The position numbers were made by a program, and so were the translations under genes. The notes beneath the pieces were generated by a model that saw only the letters and a list, made by a program, of their open reading frames with translations, did no database searches and was not told where the DNA came from. 38,011 nucleotides of DNA from a virus (Duplodnaviria; Heunggongvirae; Uroviricota; Caudoviricetes), in IMG/VR virus record IMGVR_UViG_2585427747_000001, positions 1-38,011 of that record, one strand, 5' to 3'. Below are positions 15,371 through 25,952 of the stretch, piece after piece. Within the stretch, counting starts at the first letter, position 1, and every line of letters begins with the position of its first letter.

Positions 15371-15805
15371 ATGTGGCATACATTACTTAACTGGCCTTGG
15401 GGAACTGTGTGGTCAGCTGTATCGGCTTTAGGTTCAATTGTAACTGTTACATTAGGTTTTTGGGCAATGAATGTTTGGCGGCGACAGGAGGCTCTGAAGG
15501 CCAAAATGGCTCTGAAAATGGCAGTGGCTGATTATTCAAATGCATTATCACAACTACCTTTATCTCTTAGTCGTAATGTTCGTATTGAAAAAAGGGCCGA
15601 GCTACGAGAGTTAAATCATAAATTAAATGCTGTTAATAATGCTTTTTTGATATGCGAACATATGTTGGAAAAATACCCGCGTGTAAACAGCGGTTGTCGT
15701 TCTTTATCTGTTGCCCACAAAGAATATATTAGAATGAGAGATAATAGTATTCAGGCGAAATATATTTGTCATAATATCCTTTCAGAACAGTTTGTATTCA
15801 AATGA
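15371..15805 (+). CDS. Hypothetical membrane protein in an AT-rich island after the lysis cassette
   Basis: N-terminal TM helix (LLNWPWGTVWSAVSALGSIVTVTLGFWAM); GGAGG RBS 5 nt upstream of the ATG; low-GC 930-bp island 15003-15930. Confidence 0.55.
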   Translation: MWHTLLNWPWGTVWSAVSALGSIVTVTLGFWAMNVWRRQEALKAKMALKMAVADYSNALSQLPLSLSRNVRIEKRAELRELNHKLNAVNNAFLICEHMLEKYPRVNSGCRSLSVAHKEYIRMRDNSIQAKYICHNILSEQFVFK

Positions 15806-15932
15806 AAATGAACGATTGGTATTTACTTGCCGTTTATTCATTGGATTGAAAAGTCTATTTAACAAACCGTGTTAAAGCGGTTTCTGATTGCAGTTATGGT
15901 TAGATATTTAACGAAAACTACAGGGGTAATAG

Positions 15933-16283
15933 ATGCCTCCACGAACCCCAAAAGCCTGCCGCGTTCGCGGCTGCCGCCATACCACAACTGACCAGTCAGG
16001 CTATTGCGAAAGCCACAAAAGCGAAGGCTGGAAGCAATACAAACCTGGACAATCTCGTCATCAGCGCGGTTATGGTTCGAAGTGGGACGCTATCCGCGCG
16101 CGTGTGCTGAAGCGTGACAAAGGTTTATGTCAGTTATGTCTGCGTGCCGGTGTGGTGCGTGAGGCGAAAACCGTTGACCACATCATCCCTAAAGCGCATG
16201 GCGGCACTGATGCCGACTGTAATCTGCAGAGTCTGTGTTGGCCGTGTCATAAGGCGAAGACGGCCCGTGAACGGTTAAAGTGA
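15933..16283 (+). CDS. HNH endonuclease (packaging-associated)
   Basis: HNH motifs (DHIIPKAHGG…NLQSLCWPCH) and an N-terminal Cys cluster; directly upstream of the terminase genes. Confidence 0.8.
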   Translation: MPPRTPKACRVRGCRHTTTDQSGYCESHKSEGWKQYKPGQSRHQRGYGSKWDAIRARVLKRDKGLCQLCLRAGVVREAKTVDHIIPKAHGGTDADCNLQSLCWPCHKAKTARERLK

Positions 16284-16307
16284 TAATAACTCTCAACTGT
16301 CTGAGGG

Positions 16308-16370
16308 GAGGGGCGGGTCACATCCCTGTGACCTGACGTCTTCCGGACTGCCCGCCCCATCGTTTTTTTA
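16308..16370 (+). terminator. GC-rich stem (gggcggg…cccgccc) with a nested hairpin, followed by TTTTTTT; terminator/structured element between HNH and the small terminase gene
   Basis: Read directly; could alternatively be part of a cos region. Confidence 0.5.
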
Positions 16371-16408
16371 TACCCGCGAAAAATGAAATTTAACCAGGAG
16401 TGCCGCAT

Positions 16409-16903
16409 ATGGCTGGAACGGCGGGGCGTTCCGGGCGTCGCCCCAAGCCAACGGCGCGCAAGGCGCTGGCCGGAAACCCCGGCAAGCGAGCCCTGAATAA
16501 AGATGAACCTGTTTTTACGCCTATCAAAGGTGTTGAGCCACCGGAGTGGTTCGCTGAAGAAGATCTCCCTCTCGCTACGATCATGTGGCAACTGACAACT
16601 AAAGAACTCTGCGGTCAGGGCCTGCTGTGCGTGACTGACCTCGCGGTGCTTGAGCGGTGGTGCGTGGCCTACGAGTTCTGGCGACGTGCCGTGAAAAATA
16701 TTGCCAGACAGGGCAACACCATCACCGGTGCAATGGGCGGTATGGTCAAAAATCCGGAGCTGACCGCCAAAAAAGAACAGGAGTCCGAGATGAGCAGTAC
16801 GGGGGCAATGCTCGGACTCGACCCCAGCAGCCGCCAGCGTCTGATTGGCCTGGCGGGGCAGAAGAAAGCCACTAACCCGTTTCTGAAAATTATCGAATCA
16901 TGA
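16409..16903 (+). CDS. Terminase small subunit (P27 family)
   Basis: N-terminus [14 protein letters not shown] typical of P27-type small terminases; start moved to the ATG. Confidence 0.75.
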   Translation: MAGTAGRSGRRPKPTARKALAGNPGKRALNKDEPVFTPIKGVEPPEWFAEEDLPLATIMWQLTTKELCGQGLLCVTDLAVLERWCVAYEFWRRAVKNIARQGNTITGAMGGMVKNPELTAKKEQESEMSSTGAMLGLDPSSRQRLIGLAGQKKATNPFLKIIES

Positions 16904-18633
16904 GCCGGAAATCTTACCCCAACGTAAATGCAGCCAATCAGTATGCCCGTGATGTCGTGCGCGGAAAGATTGTGGCCTGCCAGTTTGTGATTCAGGCCTG
17001 CCAGCGCCATCTTGATGACCTGATGGCGGAAAAAAGTAAGTCGTTTCGTTACCGCTTCGACAAGGACCAGGCTGAACGGGCCGCGAAATTTATTCAGCTG
17101 TTGCCGCACACCAAGGGTGAGTGGGCATTCAAACGGATGCCCATCACGCTGGAGCCGTGGCAGCTCTTTGTGATCTGCTGCGCGTTTGGCTGGGTCAATA
17201 AAGGCTCCCGGCTGCGCCGCTTCCGGGAGGTGTATACCGAAATCCCCCGTAAGAACGGCAAATCGGCAATCTCTGCCGGTGTTGCCCTGTATTGTTTTGC
17301 CTGTGATAACGAGTTCGGCGCGGAAGTGTATTCCGGTGCCACGACGGAGAAACAGGCATGGGAAGTCTTTCGTCCGGCACGACTGATGTGTAAACGCACA
17401 CCCATGCTGACGGAAGCGTTCGGGATTGAGGTTAACGCCTCAAACATGAACCGTCCGGAGGATGGCGCGCGGTTTGAACCGCTGATCGGTAACCCCGGTG
17501 ATGGATCATCACCCCACTGTGCGGTGGTGGATGAATATCACGAGCACGCCACCGATGCGCTTTACACCACGATGCTTACCGGGATGGGGGCGCGACGTCA
17601 GCCACTGATGTGGGCCATTACTACTGCCGGGTACAACATTGAGGGGCCGTGCTACGACAAACGGCGGGAAGTTATCGAGATGCTCAACGGTTCGGTACCC
17701 AACGATGAACTGTTCGGGATCATCTATACCGTTGACGAAGGTGACGACTGGACCAACCCACAGGTGCTGGAAAAAGCCAACCCGAATATCGGGGTGTCGG
17801 TTTACCGTGAGTTTTTGTTAAGTCAGCAACAGCGTGCGAAAAATAACGCCCGTCTGGCAAACGTCTTTAAAACAAAACACCTCAATATCTGGGTGTCGGC
17901 GCGTTCGGCGTATTTCAACCTGGTGAGCTGGCAGAGCTGCGAGGATAAATCACTGACTCTTGAGCAATTCGAGGGGCAGCCGTGCATTCTGGCCTTTGAC
18001 CTGGCGCGTAAACTGGATATGAACAGCATGGCGCGACTTTATACCCGCGAGATTGACGGTAAAACGCATTACTACAGTGTGGCCCCGCGTTTCTGGGTAC
18101 CGTATGACACGGTGTACAGCGTCGAGAAAAATGAAGATCGCCGGACAGCCGAACGCTTTCAGAAATGGGTGGAAATGGGCGTCCTGACCGTTACCGATGG
18201 TGCAGAGGTGGATTATCGCTACATCCTCGAAGAGGCCAAAGCGGCGAACAAAATCAGCCCGGTCAGCGAGTCACCCATCGACCCCTTCGGGGCGACCGGG
18301 CTGTCACATGACCTTGCTGATGAAGACCTGAATCCCGTCACTATCGTCCAGAACTTCACCAATATGTCCGATCCGATGAAAGAGCTGGAAGCAGCGATTG
18401 AATCGGGACGTTTTCATCATGACGGCAATCCCATCATGACCTGGTGTATCGGCAACGTGGTCGGCAAAAACATGCCGGGTAACGATGATGTGGTGAAACC
18501 CGTCAAAGAGCAGGCGGAAAACAAAATTGACGGTGCAGTTGCGCTGATTATGGCGGTTGGCAGAGCCATGCTGTACGAGAAAGAAGACACGCTATCTGAT
18601 CACATTGAGTCCTACGGGATCCGCTCGCTTTAA
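16900..18633 (+). CDS. Terminase large subunit
   Basis: 577 aa; position and size; ATPase/nuclease-domain-like composition; overlaps the small-subunit stop. Confidence 0.8.
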
Positions 18634-18644
18634 CTGAGGTAATT

Positions 18645-18827
18645 ATGATCATGCTGATTTTAGCGCCTCTGGTGGGCGTGCTGGGTGCGCTTTTGCTGGC
18701 GTATGGTGCCTGGCTGATTTATCCCCCGGCGGGTTTTGTTGTTGCCGGGGCGCTGTGCCTGTTCTGGTCGTGGCTGGTGGCGCGATATCTCGACCGTACA
18801 CAGTCGTCTGTCGGCGGAGGTAAATAG
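18645..18827 (+). CDS. Small hypothetical membrane protein
   Basis: 60 aa, two hydrophobic segments; tightly packed between the large terminase and portal genes. Confidence 0.4.
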
Positions 18828-20068
18828 TGTTCTTTTCGGGATTATTTCAACGAAAAAGTGACGCGCCGGTGACGACGCCAGCAGAGCTGGCAGACGCTAT
18901 CGGGCTGTCCTACGACACCTATACCGGAAAGCAGATCAGCAGTCAGCGGGCCATGCGACTGACGGCGGTTTTTTCCTGCGTCAGGGTGCTGGCAGAGTCG
19001 GTCGGGATGTTGCCCTGCAACCTGTATCACCTGAACGGCAACCTGAAACAGAGAGCCACCGGCGAACGTCTGCATAAGCTGATTTCCACGCATCCCAATG
19101 GCTATATGACGCCGCAGGAGTTTTGGGAGCTGGTGGTCACCTGTCTGTGCCTGCGGGGAAACTTTTACGCCTACAAAGTGAAAGCATTTGGCGAAGTGGC
19201 TGAACTGCTACCCGTCGATCCCGGCTGTGTGGTACCGAAGCTTAACAGTAGCTGGGAGCCGGTCTATCAGGTCACATTCCCGGACGGCTCCACGGATGTG
19301 CTGAGCCAGGAAGATATCTGGCATGTGCGCACGCTGACGCTGGACGGACTGGTGGGGCTGAATCCCATCGCCTATGCCCGCGAGGCAATATCGCTGGCGG
19401 CAGCGACCGAAGAGCACGGGGCCAGACTGTTCAGCAATGGTGCGGTGACGTCGGGTGTGTTGCGTACAGAGCAGACGCTGTCAGATCAGGCTTACGAGCG
19501 TCTGAAGAAAGATTTTGAGGAGCGTCACACCGGGCTTGGCAATGCTCACCGCCCGATGATCCTTGAGATGGGGCTGGACTGGAAGTCGATGGCGCTGAAC
19601 GCTGAGGACAGCCAGTTCCTGGAAACCCGCAAGTTTCAGCTTGAAGAAATCTGTCGTCTGTTCCGTGTGCCATTGCACATGGTGCAGAACACTGATCGCG
19701 CCACCTTCAACAATATCGAAGAGCTGGGGCTGGGATTTATCAACTATTCACTGGTGCCGTATCTGACCCGCATTGAGCAGCGGATCAACACCGGACTGGT
19801 ACGAAAAAGTAAGCAGGGCGTTTATTACGCCAAATTTAACGCCGGGGCGTTACTGCGCGGGGATATGAAGTCCCGTTTTGAAGCCTACGCTACCGGGATC
19901 AACTGGGGAATTTACTCTCCCAATGACTGCCGCGACCTGGAAGATATGAATCCGCGTCCCGGTGGGGATGTCTATCTCACACCGATGAACATGACCACGA
20001 AACCCTCCGATGGCAGTAAAGCCGGTAAGCAGAAGGATAACGCCAATGCAGACGAAACAACGTCTTGA
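18827..20068 (+). CDS. Portal protein (HK97 family)
   Basis: 413 aa; position after the terminase; HK97-portal-like sequence. Confidence 0.8.
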   Translation: MFFSGLFQRKSDAPVTTPAELADAIGLSYDTYTGKQISSQRAMRLTAVFSCVRVLAESVGMLPCNLYHLNGNLKQRATGERLHKLISTHPNGYMTPQEFWELVVTCLCLRGNFYAYKVKAFGEVAELLPVDPGCVVPKLNSSWEPVYQVTFPDGSTDVLSQEDIWHVRTLTLDGLVGLNPIAYAREAISLAAATEEHGARLFSNGAVTSGVLRTEQTLSDQAYERLKKDFEERHTGLGNAHRPMILEMGLDWKSMALNAEDSQFLETRKFQLEEICRLFRVPLHMVQNTDRATFNNIEELGLGFINYSLVPYLTRIEQRINTGLVRKSKQGVYYAKFNAGALLRGDMKSRFEAYATGINWGIYSPNDCRDLEDMNPRPGGDVYLTPMNMTTKPSDGSKAGKQKDNANADETTS

Positions 20069-20696
20069 TGTACCGCTGAGTCTGAAATCTGTCAGTGACT
20101 CCGGTGAGTTTGAAGGGTATGGCTCCGTCTTTGGTGTAAAGGACAGCCACGATGATGTGGTGATGTCCGGGGCATTTGCTGCTTCCCTGCGGGCGTGGAG
20201 TGACAGAAAAGCGTTACCTGCGCTGCTCTGGCAGCACCGCATGGATGAGCCCATCGGTGTTTACACCGAAATGAAGGAAGACGATGTCGGGCTTTACGTC
20301 AGGGGGCGGTTGCTCATTGATGATGATCCCCTCGCAAAACGCGCACATGCACACATGAAGGCCGGTTCGTTAACCGGCCTTTCTATTGGGTACGTCCTGA
20401 AAGACTGGGAATACGACCGGAGCAAAGAAGCCTTTCTGCTGAAAGAAATCGACCTCTGGGAAGTCAGCCTGGTGACGTTCCCGTCTAACGACGAGGCGCG
20501 GATCAGCGACGTCAAGAACGCACTGGCCCGCGGGGAAATCCCCGAACAGAAAAAAATCGAAAGAGTCCTGCGTGATGTCGGACTCTCCCGTACCCAGGCC
20601 AAAGCATTCATGGCCGGGGGCTATGGCGCACTGTCCCTGCGCGACGCTGAGGATGTGGGCTCTGCACTGAATGCACTGAAAAATCTGAACTTCTAA
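20046..20696 (+). CDS. Prohead protease (HK97 family, S78)
   Basis: FEGYGSVFGVKDSHDDVVMSGAF motif typical of HK97 prohead proteases; start trimmed to an internal Met. Confidence 0.75.
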   Translation: MQTKQRLDVPLSLKSVSDSGEFEGYGSVFGVKDSHDDVVMSGAFAASLRAWSDRKALPALLWQHRMDEPIGVYTEMKEDDVGLYVRGRLLIDDDPLAKRAHAHMKAGSLTGLSIGYVLKDWEYDRSKEAFLLKEIDLWEVSLVTFPSNDEARISDVKNALARGEIPEQKKIERVLRDVGLSRTQAKAFMAGGYGALSLRDAEDVGSALNALKNLNF

Positions 20697-20710
20697 TCAG
20701 GAGAAATACG

Positions 20711-21916
20711 ATGGCGGTTGATATTAAAGATGTCGAACAGGTCGCGCAGGAGCTGCAGCAGAAGTTTGACGACTTCAAAGCAAAGAACGACAAGCGCGTG
20801 GATGCGATTGAGCAGGAAAAAGGCAAACTTGCCGGGCAGGTGGAAACCCTGAACGAGAAACTCAGCGAGCTGGAAAACCTCAAAAGCGATCTTGAAAAAG
20901 AGCTGCTTGAGCTGAAACGTCCGGCAGGTGGTGCGCAAAATAAACTGGCCACCGAGCATAAAGAAGCGTTTGTGGGTTTCCTGCGTAAAGGCCGTGAAGA
21001 TGGTCTGCGCGATCTGGAGCGCAAGGCATTACAGGTGGGCACCGATGAAGACGGCGGCTATGCCGTGCCGGAAGCACTGGATCGCAACATTCTCACCCTG
21101 CTGAAAGATGAAGTGGTGATGCGCCAGGAAGCCACGGTGATCACCGTTGGTGGTTCCGACTACAAAAAACTGGTGAATCTGGGCGGCACGGCTTCTGGAT
21201 GGGTTGGCGAGACTGACGCGCGCTCCCAGACTGCCACCTCAAAACTGGGCCTGATTGAACCTTTCATGGGGGAAATCTACGGTAACCCGCAGGCCACCCA
21301 GAAAATGCTGGATGATGCCTTTTTCAACGTGGAAGCATGGATCAACAGCGAGCTGGCAACCGAATTTGCCGAACAGGAAGAAATTGCCTTTACCACCGGC
21401 GATGGTACCAAGAAGCCGAAAGGGTTCCTGGCGTATGAATCCACCGATGAAACCGATAAGGTCCGGGCGTTCGGCAAACTTCAGCATATTGTATCCGGCG
21501 ACGCGACTGCGGTGACCGCAGACGCCATTATCAAACTGATTTACACGCTGCGAAAGGCACACCGCACTGGCGCGAAGTTCATGATGAACAACAACAGCCT
21601 GTTTGCCATCCGTCTGCTGAAAGACACCGAGGGTAACTATCTGTGGCGTCCGGGGCTGGAACTGGGGCAGCCGTCCTCTCTGGCGGGTTACGGTATCGCT
21701 GAAAACGAACAGATGCCGGATATCGCCGCTGATGCGAAAGCCATTGCATTTGGTAACTTCAAACGGGGTTACACCATCGTTGACCGTATCGGCACCCGCA
21801 TTCTGCGTGATCCGTACACCAATAAACCGTTTGTCGGTTTTTATACCACCAAGCGCACCGGCGGGATGCTGGTCGATTCGCAGGCCATCAAACTGCTGAA
21901 GATTGCAGCGGCGTAA
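20711..21916 (+). CDS. Major capsid protein (HK97 fold) with N-terminal coiled-coil delta domain
   Basis: 401 aa; coiled-coil N-terminus; position after the protease. Confidence 0.8.
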   Translation: MAVDIKDVEQVAQELQQKFDDFKAKNDKRVDAIEQEKGKLAGQVETLNEKLSELENLKSDLEKELLELKRPAGGAQNKLATEHKEAFVGFLRKGREDGLRDLERKALQVGTDEDGGYAVPEALDRNILTLLKDEVVMRQEATVITVGGSDYKKLVNLGGTASGWVGETDARSQTATSKLGLIEPFMGEIYGNPQATQKMLDDAFFNVEAWINSELATEFAEQEEIAFTTGDGTKKPKGFLAYESTDETDKVRAFGKLQHIVSGDATAVTADAIIKLIYTLRKAHRTGAKFMMNNNSLFAIRLLKDTEGNYLWRPGLELGQPSSLAGYGIAENEQMPDIAADAKAIAFGNFKRGYTIVDRIGTRILRDPYTNKPFVGFYTTKRTGGMLVDSQAIKLLKIAAA

Positions 21917-21922
21917 TCATTC

Positions 21923-21945
21923 AGGGGCGCGGAACCGCGCCCCCT
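21923..21945 (+). terminator. GC hairpin (aggggcgcgg…ccgcgcccct) immediately after the capsid gene; probable attenuator
   Basis: Read directly from the sequence. Confidence 0.5.
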
Positions 21946-21965
21946 GTTCTGACGGGCGAAGAATC

Positions 21966-22166
21966 ATGATCCTGAAACAAGATCTGAAATGGTCACCGGA
22001 CGGTATGCGTGTTGAGGTCATTCGGGCCGGTGAGTATGACGACGGGGCGCTTCCTGCCCGGGTGCAGGAGATTGCACTTCAGGCCGGGTTAGCTGAGCGC
22101 GGAACCAGTGCAAAAAGCAGTAAAGCGGCAAAAGAGAAAAAAGCCACGACCAGTAAAGAGAGCTGA
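21966..22166 (+). CDS. Small hypothetical head-associated protein
   Basis: Internal-Met start of the 21903 ORF, chosen to avoid overlap with the hairpin; Lys/Ala-rich C-terminus. Confidence 0.4.
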   Translation: MILKQDLKWSPDGMRVEVIRAGEYDDGALPARVQEIALQAGLAERGTSAKSSKAAKEKKATTSKES

Positions 22167-22168
22167 GT

Positions 22169-22492
22169 ATGCTTCTGACAATGGAAGAGATTAAAGCCCA
22201 ACTCCGGCTGGATGAGGATTTCGATGCTGATGACCGCCATCTGCAACTGCTGGCCTGTGCGGCGCAAAAGCGGACGGAAACGTATCTGAACCGGAAGCTC
22301 TATGCACCGGATGAATCCATTCCGGACAGCGATCCGGACGGGCTGCACCTGCCGGATGATATTCGTCTGGGGATGCTGATGCTTATCAGCCATTTTTACG
22401 AAAACCGCTCGTCGGTTACGGAAGTGGAGAAACTCGACATGCCGCAGAGTTTTGGCTGGCTTGTCGGCCCGTACAGGTACTTTCCGCAATGA
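22169..22492 (+). CDS. Head-tail connector / DNA-packaging gp6-like protein
   Basis: Size, position and general resemblance. Confidence 0.6.
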   Translation: MLLTMEEIKAQLRLDEDFDADDRHLQLLACAAQKRTETYLNRKLYAPDESIPDSDPDGLHLPDDIRLGMLMLISHFYENRSSVTEVEKLDMPQSFGWLVGPYRYFPQ

Positions 22493-22899
22493 AAATTCGT
22501 CAGGCGCAGACCAGCGCAACCTACATTCTGCCGGACCCCGGTGAACTGAATAAACGCGTCCTGATCCGCCTGCGGGTGGATATGCCCGCGGATAACTTTG
22601 GCGTGGAGCCTCAATACCCGGTTACGTTCCGGACATGGGCGAAGGTTATCCAGACCAGTGCCACCACCTGGCAGGAAACCGCGCAGACAGGGGACGCCAT
22701 CACCCATTACATCACCATTCGTTATCGCCGGGGGATCACCGCTGATTATGAGGTGGTCTGCGGTGACAGTGTGTACCGGGTGAAACGTCAGCGCGATCTG
22801 AACGGGGCGCGGCGCTTTCTGCTGCTGGAGTGTACGGAGCTGGGCGAATGTAGGCAGAGTCACGGAGGCAACAATGACGACTTCCTTTTTGCACGTTGA
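22489..22899 (+). CDS. Head closure / head-tail joining protein
   Basis: Size and position; overlaps neighbouring genes in the usual way. Confidence 0.55.
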   Translation: MKIRQAQTSATYILPDPGELNKRVLIRLRVDMPADNFGVEPQYPVTFRTWAKVIQTSATTWQETAQTGDAITHYITIRYRRGITADYEVVCGDSVYRVKRQRDLNGARRFLLLECTELGECRQSHGGNNDDFLFAR

Positions 22900-23380
22900 T
22901 TTTCAGCAGCCCGCGGAGATGCGCTTTAACCGCGCCCGTGTCCGGCGGGCGTTTGTCACGATTGGTCAGCGTCATATGCGTGATGCCCGTCGGCTGGTGA
23001 TGCGCCGTGCGCGGTCGGCACCGGGTGAAAACCCCGGTTATCAGACCGGACGCCTGGCTCGTTCGATTGGTTACATGGTACCCAGAGCCAGTAAACATCG
23101 CCCTGGTTTTATGGCACGTATAGCCCCTAACCAGCGTAATGGAGAGGGAAACCGCCGTATCACCGGTGATTTTTATCCGGCTTTTTTGTTCTATGGCGTG
23201 AGGCGAGGGGCAAAGCGTCGTCGCAGCCATCATCGTGGTGCATCCGGTGGCAGCGGCTGGCGACTGGCTCCACGTAATAACTTCATGGTGGAAACGCTTG
23301 AAAAGAACCGCAGCTGGACACGCTATTTTCTGGCGCGGGAATTGCGTAAATCACTGAAGCCGGAGCGACGACACAGATGA
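22874..23380 (+). CDS. HK97 gp10-like tail-completion/neck protein
   Basis: Size and position; Arg-rich sequence. Confidence 0.55.
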   Translation: MTTSFLHVDFQQPAEMRFNRARVRRAFVTIGQRHMRDARRLVMRRARSAPGENPGYQTGRLARSIGYMVPRASKHRPGFMARIAPNQRNGEGNRRITGDFYPAFLFYGVRRGAKRRRSHHRGASGGSGWRLAPRNNFMVETLEKNRSWTRYFLARELRKSLKPERRHR

Positions 23381-23937
23381 AACTGACGCCTGTTATTGCT
23401 GCACTGCGTGCCCGCTGTCCGTATTTTGAAAACCGGGTTGCAGGCGCGGCCCAGTTCAAAAATCTGCCGGAGGTCGGAAAGCTGAAACTCCCGGCGGCAT
23501 ATGTTGTACCGGGTGATGATTCTCCGGGAGAAAACAAAAGCCAGACCGACTACTGGCAGGAGCTGAAAGAGGGTTTCTCCGTGGTTGTCATACTGAGTAA
23601 CGGGCGTGATGAGCGCGGTCAGTTTGCCTCGTATGATGTGGTGGACGATGTCCGGCAGATGCTCTTTAAGGCTCTGCTGGGCTGGAACCCGGAGGCGTGC
23701 GGTAACCCGATTACCTATGACGGCGGCACGCTGCTGGATCTGAATCGTCATGAGCTGATTTATCAGTTCGATTTTTCGGTCATCAGCGAGCTGACTGAAG
23801 ACGATACCCGCCAGCAGGATGATCTGAACAGTCTGGATGAACTGCAAACGCTGGCGATTGATGTTGATTATCTCGAGCCCGGTAACGGGCCTGACGGCGA
23901 TATCGAACATCACACCGAAATAACCCTTCCTTCCTGA
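23377..23937 (+). CDS. Tail/neck protein preceding the sheath (function uncertain)
   Basis: 186 aa; translationally coupled to its neighbours. Confidence 0.5.
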   Translation: MKLTPVIAALRARCPYFENRVAGAAQFKNLPEVGKLKLPAAYVVPGDDSPGENKSQTDYWQELKEGFSVVVILSNGRDERGQFASYDVVDDVRQMLFKALLGWNPEACGNPITYDGGTLLDLNRHELIYQFDFSVISELTEDDTRQQDDLNSLDELQTLAIDVDYLEPGNGPDGDIEHHTEITLPS

Positions 23938-23945
23938 GGATCCTC

Positions 23946-24116
23946 ATGTTTGTCAAACCTGTTAAAGGGCGGTCAGTTCCTGACCCTGCCCGCGGCGACC
24001 TTTTGCCCGCCGAAGGGCGAAATGTTGACGAGAACAACTACTGGCTGCGCCGTGAAGCAGCGGGTGATATCCGGCGCGTGAATAAAAAGGTGAATACCGA
24101 TGACGATAAGCTTTAA
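23946..24116 (+). CDS. Small protein (~57 aa) immediately upstream of the tail sheath gene
   Basis: ORF below the 60-aa cutoff of the track (MFVKPVKGRSVPDPARGDLLPAEGRNVDENNYWLRREAAGDIRRVNKKVNTDDDKL); GAGGA RBS upstream; coordinates ±2. Confidence 0.4.
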   Translation: MFVKPVKGRSVPDPARGDLLPAEGRNVDENNYWLRREAAGDIRRVNKKVNTDDDKL

Positions 24117-25596
24117 CACCATTCCGTCGAATACGCTGGTTCCGTTGTTTTATGCGGAAATGGATAACCAGGCGGCGAATACTGCACAGGACAGCGGGGC
24201 ATCGTTGCTGATTGGTCACGCCAATAACGGTGCAGAGATTGTTGCCAACAGTCTGGTGCTGATGCCGTCGGCAGACTATGCACGCCAGATTTGTGGTGCG
24301 GGAAGTCAGCTGGCGCGTATGGTTGAGGCTTATCGCCAGACCGACCCGTTTGGTGAGCTGTATGTGATTGCCGTTCCTGAATCCACGGGCGCGGCGGCAA
24401 CAGTTACGCTGACGGTGACCGGGGCGGCAACCGAAACCGGCACGGTGAATGTTTATGTGGGACGTACCCGCGTGCAGGCACCGGTGACCAACGGCGATAA
24501 CGTCACGACGATTGCCAGCAGTATCAAAGATGCCATCAATGCAGTTCCGGCCCTGCCGTTTACGGCCTCATCTTCGGCTGGCGTGGTCACACTGACCGCG
24601 CGTCATAAGGGGCTTTGCGGGAATGAAATTCCTGTCAGCCTCAATTACTACGGCTTTGGTGGGGGCGAAGTGCTGCCTGCGGGCGTACAGATTGCCGTGG
24701 CGACGGGGACCGCCGGAACGGGCTCTCCTGTTCTCACCGGCGCGGTGGCTGCAATGGCGGATGAGCCGTTTGATTATATCGGCCTGCCGTTCAACGACAC
24801 GGCCTCCGTTAACACGCTGGTGACCGAGATGAACGATACCAGCGGTCGCTGGAGCTATGCGCGTCAGCTGTATGGTCATGTGTATACGGCAAAGATCGGC
24901 ACGCTGTCAGAACTGGTGACCGCTGGTGACCAGTTTAACCAGCAGCACATTACCCTGGCGGGGTACGAAAAAGAGACCCAGACGCCTGCTGACGAGCTGG
25001 CGGCAAGCCGTACCGCCCGCGCAGCGGTGTTTATTCGCAACGATCCGGCACGTCCCACGCAGACCGGTGAGCTGGTGGGTATGCTGCCTGCGCCGAAGGG
25101 GAAACGGTTCACGATGACCGAACAACAGACCCTGCTGTCTCATGGCGTGGCAACGGCGTATGTCGAAAGCGGGGTACTGCGCATTCAGCGTGATGTCACC
25201 ACGTACAGGAAAAACGCTTACGGGGTTGCGGATAACAGCTACCTCGACAGTGAGACACTGCATACCAGCGCGTATGTACTGCGCAAACTGAAATCCGTCA
25301 TTACCAGTAAGTACGGGCGTCACAAGCTTGCCAGTGACGGTACCCGCTTTGGTCCCGGTCAGGCGATTGTCACCCCGGCGGTGATCAAAGGGGAACTGCT
25401 GGCAACCTACCGTCAGCTTGAGCGTGCGGGCATCGTGGAAAACTACGAACTGTTTAAGCAGTACCTGGTTGTGGAGCGTGATGCCAGCGATCCGAACCGC
25501 CTGAACACGCTGTTCCCGCCTGACTATGTTAACCAGTTGCGTGTCTTTGCCGTGGTTAACCAGTTCCGTCTTCAGTATTCAGAGGAGTCCGCATAA
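24100..25596 (+). CDS. Contractile tail sheath protein
   Basis: 498 aa; followed by tube, chaperone and tape-measure genes. Confidence 0.8.
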   Translation: MTISFNTIPSNTLVPLFYAEMDNQAANTAQDSGASLLIGHANNGAEIVANSLVLMPSADYARQICGAGSQLARMVEAYRQTDPFGELYVIAVPESTGAAATVTLTVTGAATETGTVNVYVGRTRVQAPVTNGDNVTTIASSIKDAINAVPALPFTASSSAGVVTLTARHKGLCGNEIPVSLNYYGFGGGEVLPAGVQIAVATGTAGTGSPVLTGAVAAMADEPFDYIGLPFNDTASVNTLVTEMNDTSGRWSYARQLYGHVYTAKIGTLSELVTAGDQFNQQHITLAGYEKETQTPADELAASRTARAAVFIRNDPARPTQTGELVGMLPAPKGKRFTMTEQQTLLSHGVATAYVESGVLRIQRDVTTYRKNAYGVADNSYLDSETLHTSAYVLRKLKSVITSKYGRHKLASDGTRFGPGQAIVTPAVIKGELLATYRQLERAGIVENYELFKQYLVVERDASDPNRLNTLFPPDYVNQLRVFAVVNQFRLQYSEESA

Positions 25597-25952
25597 TGGC
25601 CCGTATCGGGGGAACCTGTTATTTCAAAATTGACGGTCAGCAGCTATCGCTGACCGGCGGCATTGAGGTGCCCATGAACAGGACGGTCAATGATGACATC
25701 ATCGGCCTGGACGGTTCAGTGGACCGCAAGGAAACTCACCGTGCGCCTTATGTTAAAGGGACCTTCAAGGTGCCGAAGAATTTTCCGGTGAGCAAAATCA
25801 CCTCGTCTGATGAGATGACCATCACTGCCGAGCTGGCGAACGGTCAGGTCTATGTACTGTCGTCTGCCTGGCTGCACGGCGAAGCAAACCAGAATGCCGA
25901 AGAAGGGACGGTTGATCTTGAGTTCCACGGTGAAGAAGGGGATTACCAGTAA
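25596..25952 (+). CDS. Tail tube protein
   Basis: 118 aa; start overlaps the sheath stop (TAATG). Confidence 0.7.
   Translation: MARIGGTCYFKIDGQQLSLTGGIEVPMNRTVNDDIIGLDGSVDRKETHRAPYVKGTFKVPKNFPVSKITSSDEMTITAELANGQVYVLSSAWLHGEANQNAEEGTVDLEFHGEEGDYQ

Noticed and set aside
16284-16400. cos site between the HNH and terminase genes
   Set aside because: This is a plausible location for HK97-like phages, but the cohesive-end sequence cannot be recognised from sequence alone, so only the hairpin is annotated.
20608-21077. Minus-strand ORFs (144, 88 and 65 aa) antisense to the capsid and protease genes
   Set aside because: They are Ser/Arg/Cys-rich low-complexity translations typical of antisense frames of GC-rich genes, and fully overlapped by well-supported structural genes.
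22079-23913. Several minus-strand ORFs of 146-196 aa antisense to head-tail joining genes
   Set aside because: They are overlapped by a continuous, translationally coupled plus-strand gene series and have Arg/Cys/His-rich composition consistent with spurious antisense frames.
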